DNA of 64,000 bases. It comes from a virus (lineage: Duplodnaviria; Heunggongvirae; Uroviricota; Caudoviricetes). The notes under the pieces were generated by a model. It ran no database searches, was not told the DNA's origin, and was given only the letters and a program-made list of their open reading frames with translations. Each line of letters starts with the position of its first letter. Position 1 is the stretch's first letter. The position numbers were made by a program, and so were the translations under genes. The DNA lies in the IMG/VR virus record IMGVR_UViG_3300037400_003880. One strand, given 5' to 3'. Shown here one piece after another: positions 42,601-50,522 of this stretch.

Positions 42601-43503
42601 ATGAATAAGGCTTCTTTTTATATGGCAGTTGGTCTGCCGGGGTCTGGCAAGTCTTACCTGTTTGAATCTGTAATCAAGAAGTTGTCTCCTGACTGTGTAT
42701 ACGTATCTTCTGATGCAATTCGGGAGGAGGTATTCGGTGACGTAAACGATCAGGAGCATAATGAGCAGGTGTTTGAGCTGATGAAGCGCCGCACCCTTGA
42801 TTCTCTGAAGGCAGGAGTGTCGGTTTATTATGACGCAACCAATGTGTCCGCAAAGCATCGTATCGGTTTCCTTAAGGGACTTTCCCATATCAAGGACATC
42901 GCACGGGTATGTGTGTTGAACACTCCGCCCGTTGAGGTTGTAAAGTTCCGTAACGCCCATCGTGAGCGCAAGGTTCCGGAATACGTTATTGACAGAATGC
43001 TGAAGTCTTTCAATGTGCCTGACTATTCTGAGGGATGGGATGTAATTCTTCGTTATGGTTCTGATGAAGACCATAATGCAATTGAGGAAATTACTTGCTC
43101 TTCTGCAAAGCTGTCTCATGATAATCCTCATCACTCTGCAACTGTTGGAGTTCATATGTTTAATGCAGCAAACTATGCTGAAAAGGAATTGAAGGCAAAT
43201 TGCGAAGTCATCGAAGCAGCCTGCTATCATGATATTGGTAAGCCTATTTGTAAAGTATTTCAGGATGCAAAGGGCGAGCCGTCTGATGTAGCTCATTACT
43301 ACAACCATGAGAATGTCGGAGCATACCTATATCTTTCTCATGCAAAGAATGACGGGGTATCCCTGTATATTGCTAACCTGATTGCTCACCATATGGATTT
43401 TTTCAAGGGTGAAAAGTATGTTGAGAAGATTCATAATCGTTTTGGAGAGGGATTCTTTCGGGATCTCCAGCTCCTTCATAAGGCTGATGTAAATGCACAC
43501 TAA
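42601..43503 (+). CDS. polynucleotide-kinase-like P-loop kinase fused to an HD phosphohydrolase domain (RNA/tRNA repair candidate)
   Basis: Walker A GLPGSGKS and DxT-like YYDATN. C-terminal HD motifs H..HDIGK..H. Confidence 0.7.
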   Translation: MNKASFYMAVGLPGSGKSYLFESVIKKLSPDCVYVSSDAIREEVFGDVNDQEHNEQVFELMKRRTLDSLKAGVSVYYDATNVSAKHRIGFLKGLSHIKDIARVCVLNTPPVEVVKFRNAHRERKVPEYVIDRMLKSFNVPDYSEGWDVILRYGSDEDHNAIEEITCSSAKLSHDNPHHSATVGVHMFNAANYAEKELKANCEVIEAACYHDIGKPICKVFQDAKGEPSDVAHYYNHENVGAYLYLSHAKNDGVSLYIANLIAHHMDFFKGEKYVEKIHNRFGEGFFRDLQLLHKADVNAH

Positions 43504-43531
43504 GAAAAAAAAGATTTGGAGGATTAAGAAA

Positions 43532-44185
43532 ATGAAAAAGTATATTGCAATTTTTACGTCTATTTTAGTAACGATGGTGTCAGTTTTCACTGCGCCGACA
43601 GGGACAGTTGCGGAGGATAGCACTGGAGTTATGACGGCGGAGTTTTATACTGATGATGGAAAATATGAAACTTATGAAGTTCCATATACAATTACTATTA
43701 ATGATAATGGAAATGTTAAATTTGAAAGCAATAAGTTTAATACTACGGAGCATGGTAGTTTACCAAAATTTGAAATTTCGGTTTCCAGTGAAAAAGAAAT
43801 TCTTTATAATTCAAATAATTATCGTAACAATAATCTTGTTGTTTACGGAGTTCTCGGATGGTCCGGAGATTCCTATAATTATTATTATTCTGGTGGTATT
43901 CATCCTAATGTTGATCCTTATACGGATTCTCAAGGAAACACTTTCTATTTAAAGAATAACGAAAAAGTTTACTTTACTGATACTGTCATTGTTGAATTTA
44001 ATGGAATTACAATCACAAAGGAAATCGGTAATGGCGATTCTTCTCAAATTACAACTCAGGACTTTATTTTTGGTGATATTGATGGAGATGGTCTAATCAA
44101 TGCTAATGATGCTTTCCTTATCCTTTCATATTCAGCTTATCGGGGAGCAGGCGGAAATCGGTCCTTTAAGGAGTGGCTTGCTTAA
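43532..44185 (+). CDS. secreted dockerin-containing protein
   Basis: Signal peptide. C-terminal dockerin repeat GDIDGDGLINANDAFLIL. Confidence 0.65.
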   Translation: MKKYIAIFTSILVTMVSVFTAPTGTVAEDSTGVMTAEFYTDDGKYETYEVPYTITINDNGNVKFESNKFNTTEHGSLPKFEISVSSEKEILYNSNNYRNNNLVVYGVLGWSGDSYNYYYSGGIHPNVDPYTDSQGNTFYLKNNEKVYFTDTVIVEFNGITITKEIGNGDSSQITTQDFIFGDIDGDGLINANDAFLILSYSAYRGAGGNRSFKEWLA

Positions 44186-44372
44186 TAATTATACTGTGCC
44201 GCAATCCTATAATTTATAGGGTCGCGGCACTTTCTGAAAAAATTAGATTTTGTTAAAATTAATACTACTTATATAGGTAGAGGAATAGATAGGAAGTCAT
44301 GAGCCTATCGAAAGCGAACTCCGCGTTTTCCTCTACCTTTTATTATATTTCGGAGTAACGGAGGAAGATTTA

Positions 44373-45275
44373 ATGATTGGAAAATGGAATAACTTTTCAA
44401 AAGAAGAAATTGAAAATATTTATGCTTAGTCTAATAGTTTTATTGAAGTGGCTAAAAAGTTTGGGTATAAAAGTACAAATGGTTAGCTTAATAATAAATT
44501 AAGATTGCTAGCAAAAGACTTCGGCATTAATTATTTTCATTTAGAGCCAAATTAGAGATTAGATTTAGTTGTTGGAAATATATACGAAGGATTGCAGTAT
44601 ATAGAAGATGATAAGGATAAGAAACATTATGTGATATGTAAGTGTTTAAAATGTGGACAATAGACCAGCATTTATAAATACAATTTAGGAAAACAAAAGA
44701 CGTGCGGATGTAATAAAACTGAAAAGTTTTCAAAGACTATCCAGTTGGAGGGATGTAAAATTGGAAACTTTAAAGTAATCTCTTTAGATAAAGAACTATC
44801 TCTTTAGAAAAATAAAATTTACTGGAGTTGTAGATGCAACTTTTGTAATGGGATAAAAAGTATTGAGTCATATAGATTAAGAAATAATCCTCCCTATAGT
44901 TGCGGCTGTATCAGTCTAAATTCTAAAGGAGAATAGAAAATCGCAGATGTTTTAAGAGAAATGAATATTTCTTTCAAAAGAGAATATAGTTTTACAAATT
45001 TTTTTGACTTTATTGGACATCCTTTCCGCTTCGATTTTGCAATAGAGTTTCCTAAACTAATTTTAATTGAGTATCACGGAAAACAGCATTATGATAAAGA
45101 TTATGGCTGGGATGAATCTTATGAAGAAATAGTAAAAAGAGATAAAAAGAAATAGCAATATTGTAAAGAAAATGGCATTCCTCTTATAATTATTCCATAT
45201 ACAGATTATGATAAAATAGATACTAAGTATCTATTGAATATATTAAAAGGAGTTGATAAAAATGCCAAACGCTGA
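44373..45275 (+). CDS. Cys-repeat plus DUF559-like nuclease paralog 2 (about 300 aa, 8 TAG)
   Basis: GGAGGAAG ribosome-binding site. FRFDFAIEF..IEYHGKQHY is readable only with TAG as sense. Confidence 0.55.
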
Positions 45276-45801
45276 TATTATTTATTCTGCGGATCTTGCA
45301 CGCCAAGGTTGCTGTGGAGACAATGTGAATACAGCCGCATCAAGTACTGCTGGTTGTGATTGTCAGAAAGGTATCTACTGGATGCCGCCACCACCTCCAC
45401 CTGATTTCCCGCCTCCTTATCCTCCATGCCCTCCTTATCCTCCTCCTTGTCCTCCATATCCGCCATGCCCATGTCCGGATCCGGAGCCTAAGAAGAAGTC
45501 TGTGGAAGGACAAATTTGTAAGCTTTCTAAGAAAGCTGCTGTCATTACCAAAATGATTGAGAATTTGGAAACCAAGAAGAAGGACGTTATTATTAAGATT
45601 GGCGATTCAAGCTATAATTTTGGTAATATTGACCTTGAGGTTGATGGTTGGGATGATGGAAGCTATGCTGCAACAGTTCAGAAGATTCTTGAGAAAGAGC
45701 TTGCTCTTATCAAGGCTAAGATTGCTGAGCTTGCCGCAGAAATTGGCGAGGAAGCTGACCAAATCGCTGGAACAGAATCAACTGTAGCCGGAGATAACTG
45801 A
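45262..45801 (+). CDS. Pro-rich protein (PPYPPCPPYPPP repeats) with C-terminal coiled coil
   Basis: AAGGAG ribosome-binding site, then ATG at 45262. Confidence 0.55.
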   Translation: MPNADIIYSADLARQGCCGDNVNTAASSTAGCDCQKGIYWMPPPPPPDFPPPYPPCPPYPPPCPPYPPCPCPDPEPKKKSVEGQICKLSKKAAVITKMIENLETKKKDVIIKIGDSSYNFGNIDLEVDGWDDGSYAATVQKILEKELALIKAKIAELAAEIGEEADQIAGTESTVAGDN

Positions 45802-45829
45802 TTTGAGAAAAGTCAAAGCAGAAAATGCT

Positions 45830-45858
45830 TTGACTTTTTTCTTATTTTATGATATAAT
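45830..45858 (+). promoter_or_regulatory. conserved promoter, preceded by hairpin AGTCAAAGCA..GCTTTGACT
   Basis: TTGACTTTTTT..ATGATATAAT. Confidence 0.55.
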
Positions 45859-45883
45859 TATTATATCAAAGGGGGATAGAAGA

Positions 45884-46549
45884 ATGTATACCATTGAAAA
45901 TAAGCGTACTTATTATCTCGTAGACCGCAATAAAGGTAACACATTTGAGATTGGAAATTATAAAGAACTCATTGATTACCTTAGCAGTAGTTTTACAAGA
46001 GGAAGTAATTATGGGAATTTTGACCTCACCGGCAATGATAAAAGTTGGCAGGATGTTTGGTACTGGGGCTGGAAGAAATATTTTGTCACGGTAACTGGTA
46101 ATGAACAGTATGTTACTCGGTATGTAAGAATACATGAAGAAAAACTTCTGCCTAAGCCTTATATGCTTATTGATGATAGAGGTACAATTATAAATCCTCG
46201 TGATTTTGATAAGGAGGTAAAAATGGTAAGGCATAATACTACTTCCCTTTATGATAGAAAGTATAATGGGGATGAGTATGGAGTAAAGCTCATTGGTTTT
46301 AACTGGCGCGGCAAGGAAAAGAAAACTTTCCGTTTCCGTTGTGACCCCGTTCCCCACATTCATAATCATAATAGTTGGCACTTTTCTTATGTAGGTCATC
46401 GTGCGCAACTCTGGAAGAACAGAGACAATATCCGTCCTAAGAGCCGTATTGATTGGGCTGACCTTTGGGATCCGAAGGAGCGCCACATTGATCGTTGCTG
46501 GAAGTCCAGTTGCAAGGTAAGACATCAATGGCAGAAGCATCAGAAGTAA
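45884..46549 (+). CDS. hypothetical protein
   Basis: AAAGGGGGA ribosome-binding site, then ATG at 45884. Confidence 0.5.
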   Translation: MYTIENKRTYYLVDRNKGNTFEIGNYKELIDYLSSSFTRGSNYGNFDLTGNDKSWQDVWYWGWKKYFVTVTGNEQYVTRYVRIHEEKLLPKPYMLIDDRGTIINPRDFDKEVKMVRHNTTSLYDRKYNGDEYGVKLIGFNWRGKEKKTFRFRCDPVPHIHNHNSWHFSYVGHRAQLWKNRDNIRPKSRIDWADLWDPKERHIDRCWKSSCKVRHQWQKHQK

Positions 46550-46578
46550 TTGACTTTTTTAGAATTTTATGATATACT
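46550..46578 (+). promoter_or_regulatory. conserved promoter (TATACT -10)
   Basis: TTGACTTTTTT..ATGATATACT. Confidence 0.5.
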
Positions 46579-46604
46579 TTATATAATGAAAGAGTGAGAG
46601 GGAA

Positions 46605-46856
46605 ATGAAAACTGTAGACCTTAATTATTATTTCCGCGCAGATAGAGATGTTCTTTTTGTTGGAGATGAAGATGACTTTATAGCGTTGTGTTCGGACTAT
46701 TTTTATTATGAAAAGGTAGCTCCGAATACTCCTATCTTGTTCATTTATCGACAGGAATCTCTTGCTGAAGAAACTGTTTATTGGCGAGGGGTTTATGCGA
46801 TTACTGATACTGGAAGCATTTCCGGCTTGAGTACTAATGGGAGGTTGAATCCATGA
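46605..46856 (+). CDS. hypothetical protein
   Basis: Track ORF. Confidence 0.45.
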   Translation: MKTVDLNYYFRADRDVLFVGDEDDFIALCSDYFYYEKVAPNTPILFIYRQESLAEETVYWRGVYAITDTGSISGLSTNGRLNP

Positions 46857-47260
46857 ATGTTCCTGTAATTACCTTAAAAGAAGCTGAGAGAGCAGTTAGA
46901 AAACATAGCTTTCGGATTAAAAAGGGTAAATTCTATTCAAAAAAGCAACAGAAGAAGGCGGACAAGTTCGAAGAAAAGCATGGCTTTCGCTATGAAGATG
47001 CATGGAATCTTGAAAATTCTATTGCTTGTTTTATCCTTCCGCGGCTCGTCCAGTTGAGAGATACTACTCATGGGTATCCAAGTGAGTTCGTATCTGAAGA
47101 GGATGGGGCGAAAAAGTGGGAAGAAATCTTAAACGAAATGATTTATGGTTTCTACATCTATGTAACCAAAGACAGCATTTTTTGGAATGACGAAGAAAAG
47201 AAGGCTTGGTTTACTGCTAAGTGCTGGTTTTGTAGATATTTTGAAGATCTTTGGGATTAA
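46853..47260 (+). CDS. hypothetical protein
   Basis: Track ORF. Confidence 0.45.
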   Translation: MNVPVITLKEAERAVRKHSFRIKKGKFYSKKQQKKADKFEEKHGFRYEDAWNLENSIACFILPRLVQLRDTTHGYPSEFVSEEDGAKKWEEILNEMIYGFYIYVTKDSIFWNDEEKKAWFTAKCWFCRYFEDLWD

Positions 47261-47274
47261 AGGAGGAAAATATA

Positions 47275-47568
47275 ATGGGAGAGTAGAGAATTTTGAAAAG
47301 CAACTTTTTGCTTAAAGTTACTCAGCTTGAAAAAGTTGTAGATGAAGAGGGAAAAGAAAACTTAAAAGTAACGGACTCTAAATGGGTTAAGACAAAAGCA
47401 AGAGAGTTTGAGGAGTCACTCTATTTCGATAGGGCGGCAGGTATTGAACATACAGTTAAAATTGTTTCAGAAGCGCCTGAGAAGTTTCAGGTTAATACTA
47501 TTTATATTCTGGCTAATGGCAAGCGGGCTTGGGTATATGTGGTAAAGGAGGACGAGAATAATGGTTGA
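47275..47568 (+). CDS. hypothetical protein (97 aa, TAG at codon 4)
   Basis: Strong AAAGGAGGAAAA ribosome-binding site, then ATG at 47275. In frame with track ORF 47293-47568 across a TAG. Confidence 0.5.
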
Positions 47569-47866
47569 TGCAGTATGGTTTGTATAGAAAGATGATGGAT
47601 GGGGAGAAGTAAGAGAGCGCCTCTTCTATGAAGAGGATAATGCCCTTATGCAGGCAAAGGCATGGATTATGGATGATGTCTTTGATACTTTGCGGGATTG
47701 CCGTAAGCTTAAAGTTGATGGCGATGAAGCAGAGTCACAGGATCTTTTCTCTGCTTTGACTACTGATTTGTCTCAAATTGAAATTGAAGAAGATAAGGAG
47801 GCGCACTCTAAGACAATCATCTATGGTGACATGGTAATTAGAATTAGAGAGCTGGAAATTGATTGA
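47561..47866 (+). CDS. hypothetical acidic protein (101 aa, 1 TAG)
   Basis: AAGGAGGA ribosome-binding site, then ATG at 47561. Continues into track ORF 47648-47866. Confidence 0.5.
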
Positions 47867-47891
47867 CTTTTTATAAAAAATATGATATACT
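47863..47891 (+). promoter_or_regulatory. conserved promoter
   Basis: TTGACTTTTTA..ATGATATACT. Confidence 0.5.
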
Positions 47892-47912
47892 ATTTATAGA
47901 GAGGTGAGAGAA

Positions 47913-48050
47913 ATGGATGAAAAAGAATTTGAATGTATCTGTGATGAATGCTCAAAACCTTTCACTTCCGATGACGAGGAAGCAACTCTATGCCCTGACT
48001 GTTGGAAAGCAATGGTTGGTGAGCATGAGGGCGAAGGAGCAAATGAATAA
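47913..48050 (+). CDS. small zinc-ribbon protein (45 aa)
   Basis: GAGGTGAGAG ribosome-binding site. CxxC...CxxC. Confidence 0.4.
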   Translation: MDEKEFECICDECSKPFTSDDEEATLCPDCWKAMVGEHEGEGANE

Positions 48051-48051
48051 T

Positions 48052-48080
48052 TTGACTTTTTGAGAAAAACATGGTATAAT
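48052..48080 (+). promoter_or_regulatory. conserved promoter driving tRNA-Gln
   Basis: TTGACTTTTTG..ATGGTATAAT. Confidence 0.55.
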
Positions 48081-48115
48081 ATTTATACAATGTGAGGGAC
48101 AAAAACCTCACAGAC

Positions 48116-48190
48116 TGGGGTATCGCCAAGTGGTAAGGCACAGGACTTTGACTCCTGCATCCGTGGGTTCAAATCCCTCTACCCCAACCA
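48116..48190 (+). tRNA. tRNA-Gln (anticodon TTG), CCA encoded
   Basis: U1:A72 acceptor TGGGGTA/TACCCCA. D-arm GCCAAGTGGTAAGGC. Anticodon loop CTTTGAC. T-loop TTCAAAT. Closely resembles E. coli tRNA-Gln. Confidence 0.75.
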
Positions 48191-48193
48191 TAT

Positions 48194-48271
48194 GCCGGTG
48201 AAGCTTAAGTGGTATAAGCACTCCCCTTATAAGAGAGAGATAGATGGGTTCGAGTCCCTCGACCGGCACCA
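48194..48271 (+). tRNA. tRNA, identity uncertain (anticodon loop CTTATAA reads TAT; Ile2-like?), non-canonical T-stem
   Basis: Acceptor GCCGGTG/GACCGGC. D-arm GCTT..AAGC. T-loop TTCGAGT. CCA encoded. The anticodon stem has one mismatch. Confidence 0.45.
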
Positions 48272-48280
48272 ATAAATAAT

Positions 48281-48309
48281 TTGACTTTTTTATGGAAATA
48301 TGGTATAAT
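48281..48309 (+). promoter_or_regulatory. conserved promoter
   Basis: TTGACTTTTTT..ATGGTATAAT. Confidence 0.55.
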
Positions 48310-48330
48310 ATTTATAGAGAGGTGAGAGAA

Positions 48331-48510
48331 ATGACTGTAAAAGATTTAAGCGTAAAGATGGAAGCCTTAATTGAAAATGGTTAGGCTGACATTGAAGTCA
48401 TGGTATATGATATGCATGAGGGGTGGAAGCCTTATGTATATGAGGATACTTCTTTCCATGGCGGAAAGATTTATCTTGGACTTCCTGAAGTGAAAGTAAC
48501 AAGTGAATAA
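48331..48510 (+). CDS. small hypothetical protein (59 aa, 1 in-frame TAG)
   Basis: GAGGTGAGAG ribosome-binding site, then ATG at 48331. A TAG at codon 18 is read through to TAA 48508-10. Confidence 0.4.
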
Positions 48511-48511
48511 T

Positions 48512-48540
48512 TTGACTTTCTAAGAAAAATATGCTATAAT
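48512..48540 (+). promoter_or_regulatory. conserved promoter
   Basis: TTGACTTTCTA..ATGCTATAAT. Confidence 0.55.
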
Positions 48541-48546
48541 ATTTAT

Positions 48547-48614
48547 AGACAGGTCAGCAATTCAAATTTTAAGGACTATGCTTTTAACATAAAATTCTTA
48601 AACAATCTGTCTTG
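48547..48614 (+). ncRNA. Y RNA-like stem-closed element (short, stem-loop only)
   Basis: 5' AGACAGGTCAGCAA pairs with 3' CTGTCTTG. Family motif present. Confidence 0.4.
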
Positions 48615-48654
48615 AAATGGTTCGGCATCACTCCATTCAAAAGCGGTGTCAGAT

Positions 48655-48728
48655 GCGCCTATCGTCTAAAGGTAGGACACTACACTTTTAATGTAGGTAT
48701 TCGGGTTCGAGTCCCGGTGGGCGCACCA
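48655..48728 (+). tRNA. tRNA-Lys (TTT), CCA encoded
   Basis: Acceptor GCGCCTA/TGGGCGC. Anticodon stem CTACA/TGTAG with loop CTTTTAA. T-loop TTCGAGT. Confidence 0.75.
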
Positions 48729-48732
48729 GCAT

Positions 48733-48835
48733 ACGGCAGTTCAGCAATCCACTTTTTATTGCAGCCAAAAATTTTTGCAAGCGTATGGTTCGACTCCTGC
48801 GTTAATTCGGAGACGGTCTCCAAAGGTCTGTCGTG
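48733..48835 (+). ncRNA. Y RNA-like stem-closed element with T-loop-like GGTTCGACTCC and internal GGAGACGGTCTCC hairpin
   Basis: 5' ACGGCAGTTCAGCAATCC ... 3' CTGTCGTG. Family motif TCAGCAA present. Confidence 0.4.
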
Positions 48836-48841
48836 TATTAT

Positions 48842-48932
48842 GTCGAGATGGGTGAGTTGGCTTAAACCAGCGGTTTGCTAAACCGCCGACCGGCACAAAG
48901 CCGGTCCGAGGGTTCGAATCCCTCTCTCGACG
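48842..48932 (+). tRNA. tRNA-Ser (GCT), class II
   Basis: Acceptor GTCGAGA/TCTCGAC. Anticodon stem GCGGT/ACCGC with loop TTGCTAA. Long variable arm GACCGGCACAAAGCCGGTC. T-loop TTCGAAT. Confidence 0.7.
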
Positions 48933-48963
48933 CTTTCAAATTATTGAGAAAGAGGTGAGTCCA

Positions 48964-49194
48964 TTGGGCATAAAAGATTCCAACTGCTGGAAATATTTTC
49001 TGAGTAAAGCTCCATATGATGTTCTTGTAACAATTATGAAGAATACAGGAATTTGTCCAGTTGCCGCTTTGATGGGAGAATTTGACATTAACATATGTCT
49101 TCTTCATCATCCTCATAGAATATTTAAGACTCTTGAGGAAGAAGCTGTTTGTTATGAGTGCCTTCAAAAATGGCTAAACGAAAAAACTCAATGA
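48964..49194 (+). CDS. small Cys-rich protein inside the tRNA array (start uncertain: GTG 48955 or TTG 48964)
   Basis: Track ORF 48955-49194. AGAGGTGA ribosome-binding site. CxxC...CYEC. Confidence 0.35.
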   Translation: MGIKDSNCWKYFLSKAPYDVLVTIMKNTGICPVAALMGEFDINICLLHHPHRIFKTLEEEAVCYECLQKWLNEKTQ

Positions 49195-49195
49195 T

Positions 49196-49224
49196 TTGAC
49201 TTTTGAAGAAAAAAGTGATATAAT
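49196..49224 (+). promoter_or_regulatory. conserved promoter driving the suppressor tRNA pair
   Basis: TTGACTTTTGA..AGTGATATAAT. Confidence 0.55.
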
Positions 49225-49292
49225 TATTATAGTAAAGGCACAAACAGCAAGAATATCGTCCAACCTTAGAACGATACGTGTCTTGGCGAGAT

Positions 49293-49368
49293 TTCGGTTT
49301 CGCCAAGTGGGTAAGGCAGCGGGCTCTAACCCCGCCATTCGGGGGTTCAAATCCCTCAACCGAAACCA
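49293..49368 (+). tRNA. amber suppressor tRNA (anticodon CTA) on a tRNA-Gln-like scaffold, CCA encoded
   Basis: TTCGGTT TC GCCAAGTGGGTAAGGC A GCGGG CTCTAAC CCCGC CATTC GGGGGTTCAAATCCCTC AACCGAA A CCA. U1:A72. The D-arm and T-loop are nearly identical to the tRNA-Gln at 48116. Confidence 0.8.
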
Positions 49369-49439
49369 TTCTCCTTCGCCAAGCGGTAAGGCAGCGGGCT
49401 CTAACCCCGTCAGCCAAGGTTCGAATCCTTGAGGAGAAG
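49369..49439 (+). tRNA. second amber suppressor tRNA (anticodon CTA), directly abutting the first; no CCA
   Basis: TTCTCCT TC GCCAAGCGGTAAGGC A GCGGG CTCTAAC CCCGT .. CAAGGTTCGAATCCTTG AGGAGAA G. The anticodon stem and loop are the same as copy 1. Confidence 0.75.
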
Positions 49440-49443
49440 TGTA

Positions 49444-49530
49444 AAGACGGTTCAGCAAAACACAAATGGTTAAAGAAAAATTCTGCAAAAATTTTTTGAA
49501 ACGGTTCAAATCCGTAAATTTCCCGTCTTG
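49444..49530 (+). ncRNA. Y RNA-like element with closing stem AAGACGG/CCGTCTT and internal T-arm-like ACGGTTCAAATCCGT
   Basis: Family 5' motif GACGGTTCAGCAAAAC. 7 bp terminal stem. Confidence 0.45.
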
Positions 49531-49535
49531 TTAAT

Positions 49536-49564
49536 TTGACTTTTTTCTTAGAGTATGATATAAT
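49536..49564 (+). promoter_or_regulatory. conserved promoter
   Basis: TTGACTTTTTT..ATGATATAAT. Confidence 0.55.
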
Positions 49565-49613
49565 AAATATGTACTTAAAAGTACGGAGCGAAATTCTCCT
49601 TAAACTACAAAAT

Positions 49614-49687
49614 GCGGCTATGGTGTAGTGGTAACATTTCTGCCTTCCAAGCAGACGTGGCGGGTTCGAGTCCCGTTAGCCGCTCCA
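49614..49687 (+). tRNA. tRNA-Gly (TCC), CCA encoded
   Basis: Acceptor GCGGCTA/TAGCCGC. Anticodon stem TCTGC/GCAGA with loop CTTCCAA. T-loop TTCGAGT. Confidence 0.75.
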
Positions 49688-49730
49688 GCTGTTGGTAAAC
49701 AGGTTGGCTCAATTGCCCGAAGCTTCCAAA

Positions 49731-49971
49731 AGACAGGTCAGCAATCCTTATAGAAATGTAATATTTAGAATAGGATTGAAAACTAACGGTATTAGTTTTG
49801 CTCGGGACGACTACTATGAAAGGAATGAGGTAAAACTCTCAACCGAGCTTATAGCGGCTGCCGGCTTTCGTGGCAGGAACCTTCGCCAGTCGTTACTACA
49901 CAGCGACATTAAAGAAGTGTGAGTATTGATGCAGCCTCCCTTTACGGGATTTAGATTTAGTACCTGTCTTG
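49731..49971 (+). ncRNA. Y RNA-like element, long form (about 241 nt)
   Basis: 5' AGACAGGTCAGCAATCC ... 3' TACCTGTCTTG. Highly structured interior. Confidence 0.4.
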
Positions 49972-50460
49972 AAAATTGAATGGTCGGCATTCGCTTGTGC
50001 CTTCCCCATAAGTTAAATTCAAGCCTCTACTGTGCTTATATCCCGTCTATTATGTTCGTCCGGAAGTGCGGCACATTAAATAACGCGGCGAAAAGAACAT
50101 TAGAACTCTCGTATATAGACTCAGGATAAGTGGAGCGAGACTAAATAAGTACCCGTTTGGCACGAGTTGTGCTAAATCCGAATCGTTCCTTATACTGCCA
50201 TATGAGGAGCGTCTGTGGCAGCAGTAATGAGACAGAAAGCTCTCAGAGTTGTACAGCTCAAAGCTTTCTCGCAATCCGCCGGTGTGAATGGGCGGTACCT
50301 TGTGAGTTAGTAGATGGACATAACTCTCCGTCTGGTTTGGCGTGAACGGACTGCTCAAAGGGTTCAACTCCCTTTCAATAGGATGTGCCTATTGCTACGG
50401 TTTAGGAGTTGGCACCAAGTACAAGCCTCCACGCGGCGGTGCTGGATTTGAACTAATTGT
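49972..50460 (+). ncRNA. unclassified structured non-coding region (about 490 nt) with T-loop-like AAGGGTTCAACTCCCTT and several GTCTG/CAGAC long-range complements
   Basis: No credible ORF; the track ORFs here overlap on both strands and are low-complexity. Lies between a Y-like element and a conserved promoter. No tmRNA, RNase P or group I core motifs were recognised. Confidence 0.3.
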
Positions 50461-50472
50461 ACAAAAGATTAT

Positions 50473-50501
50473 TTGACTTTTTATAAAAATTATGATATAA
50501 T
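50473..50501 (+). promoter_or_regulatory. conserved promoter
   Basis: TTGACTTTTTA..ATGATATAAT. Confidence 0.55.
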
Positions 50502-50522
50502 ATTTATAGAAAGTAAAGAGAA

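Noticed and set aside
42403-43308. 301 aa minus-strand ORF overlapping the kinase-HD gene
   Set aside because: It lies antisense to a well-supported + strand gene with clear motifs, and has no ribosome-binding site. The same applies to minus ORFs 55074-56081, 59892-60896 and 62658-63599, which oppose the Ro60-like, RNA ligase and pncB genes.
49688-50460. tmRNA, RNase P RNA or group I intron in the large non-coding block after tRNA-Gly
   Set aside because: No tag-peptide reading frame or tRNA-like 3' end ending ..CCACCA. No RNase P conserved AGGAAAGTCCGGGCTCC / ACAGAACCCGGCTTA motifs. No group I P7 core was recognised by eye.
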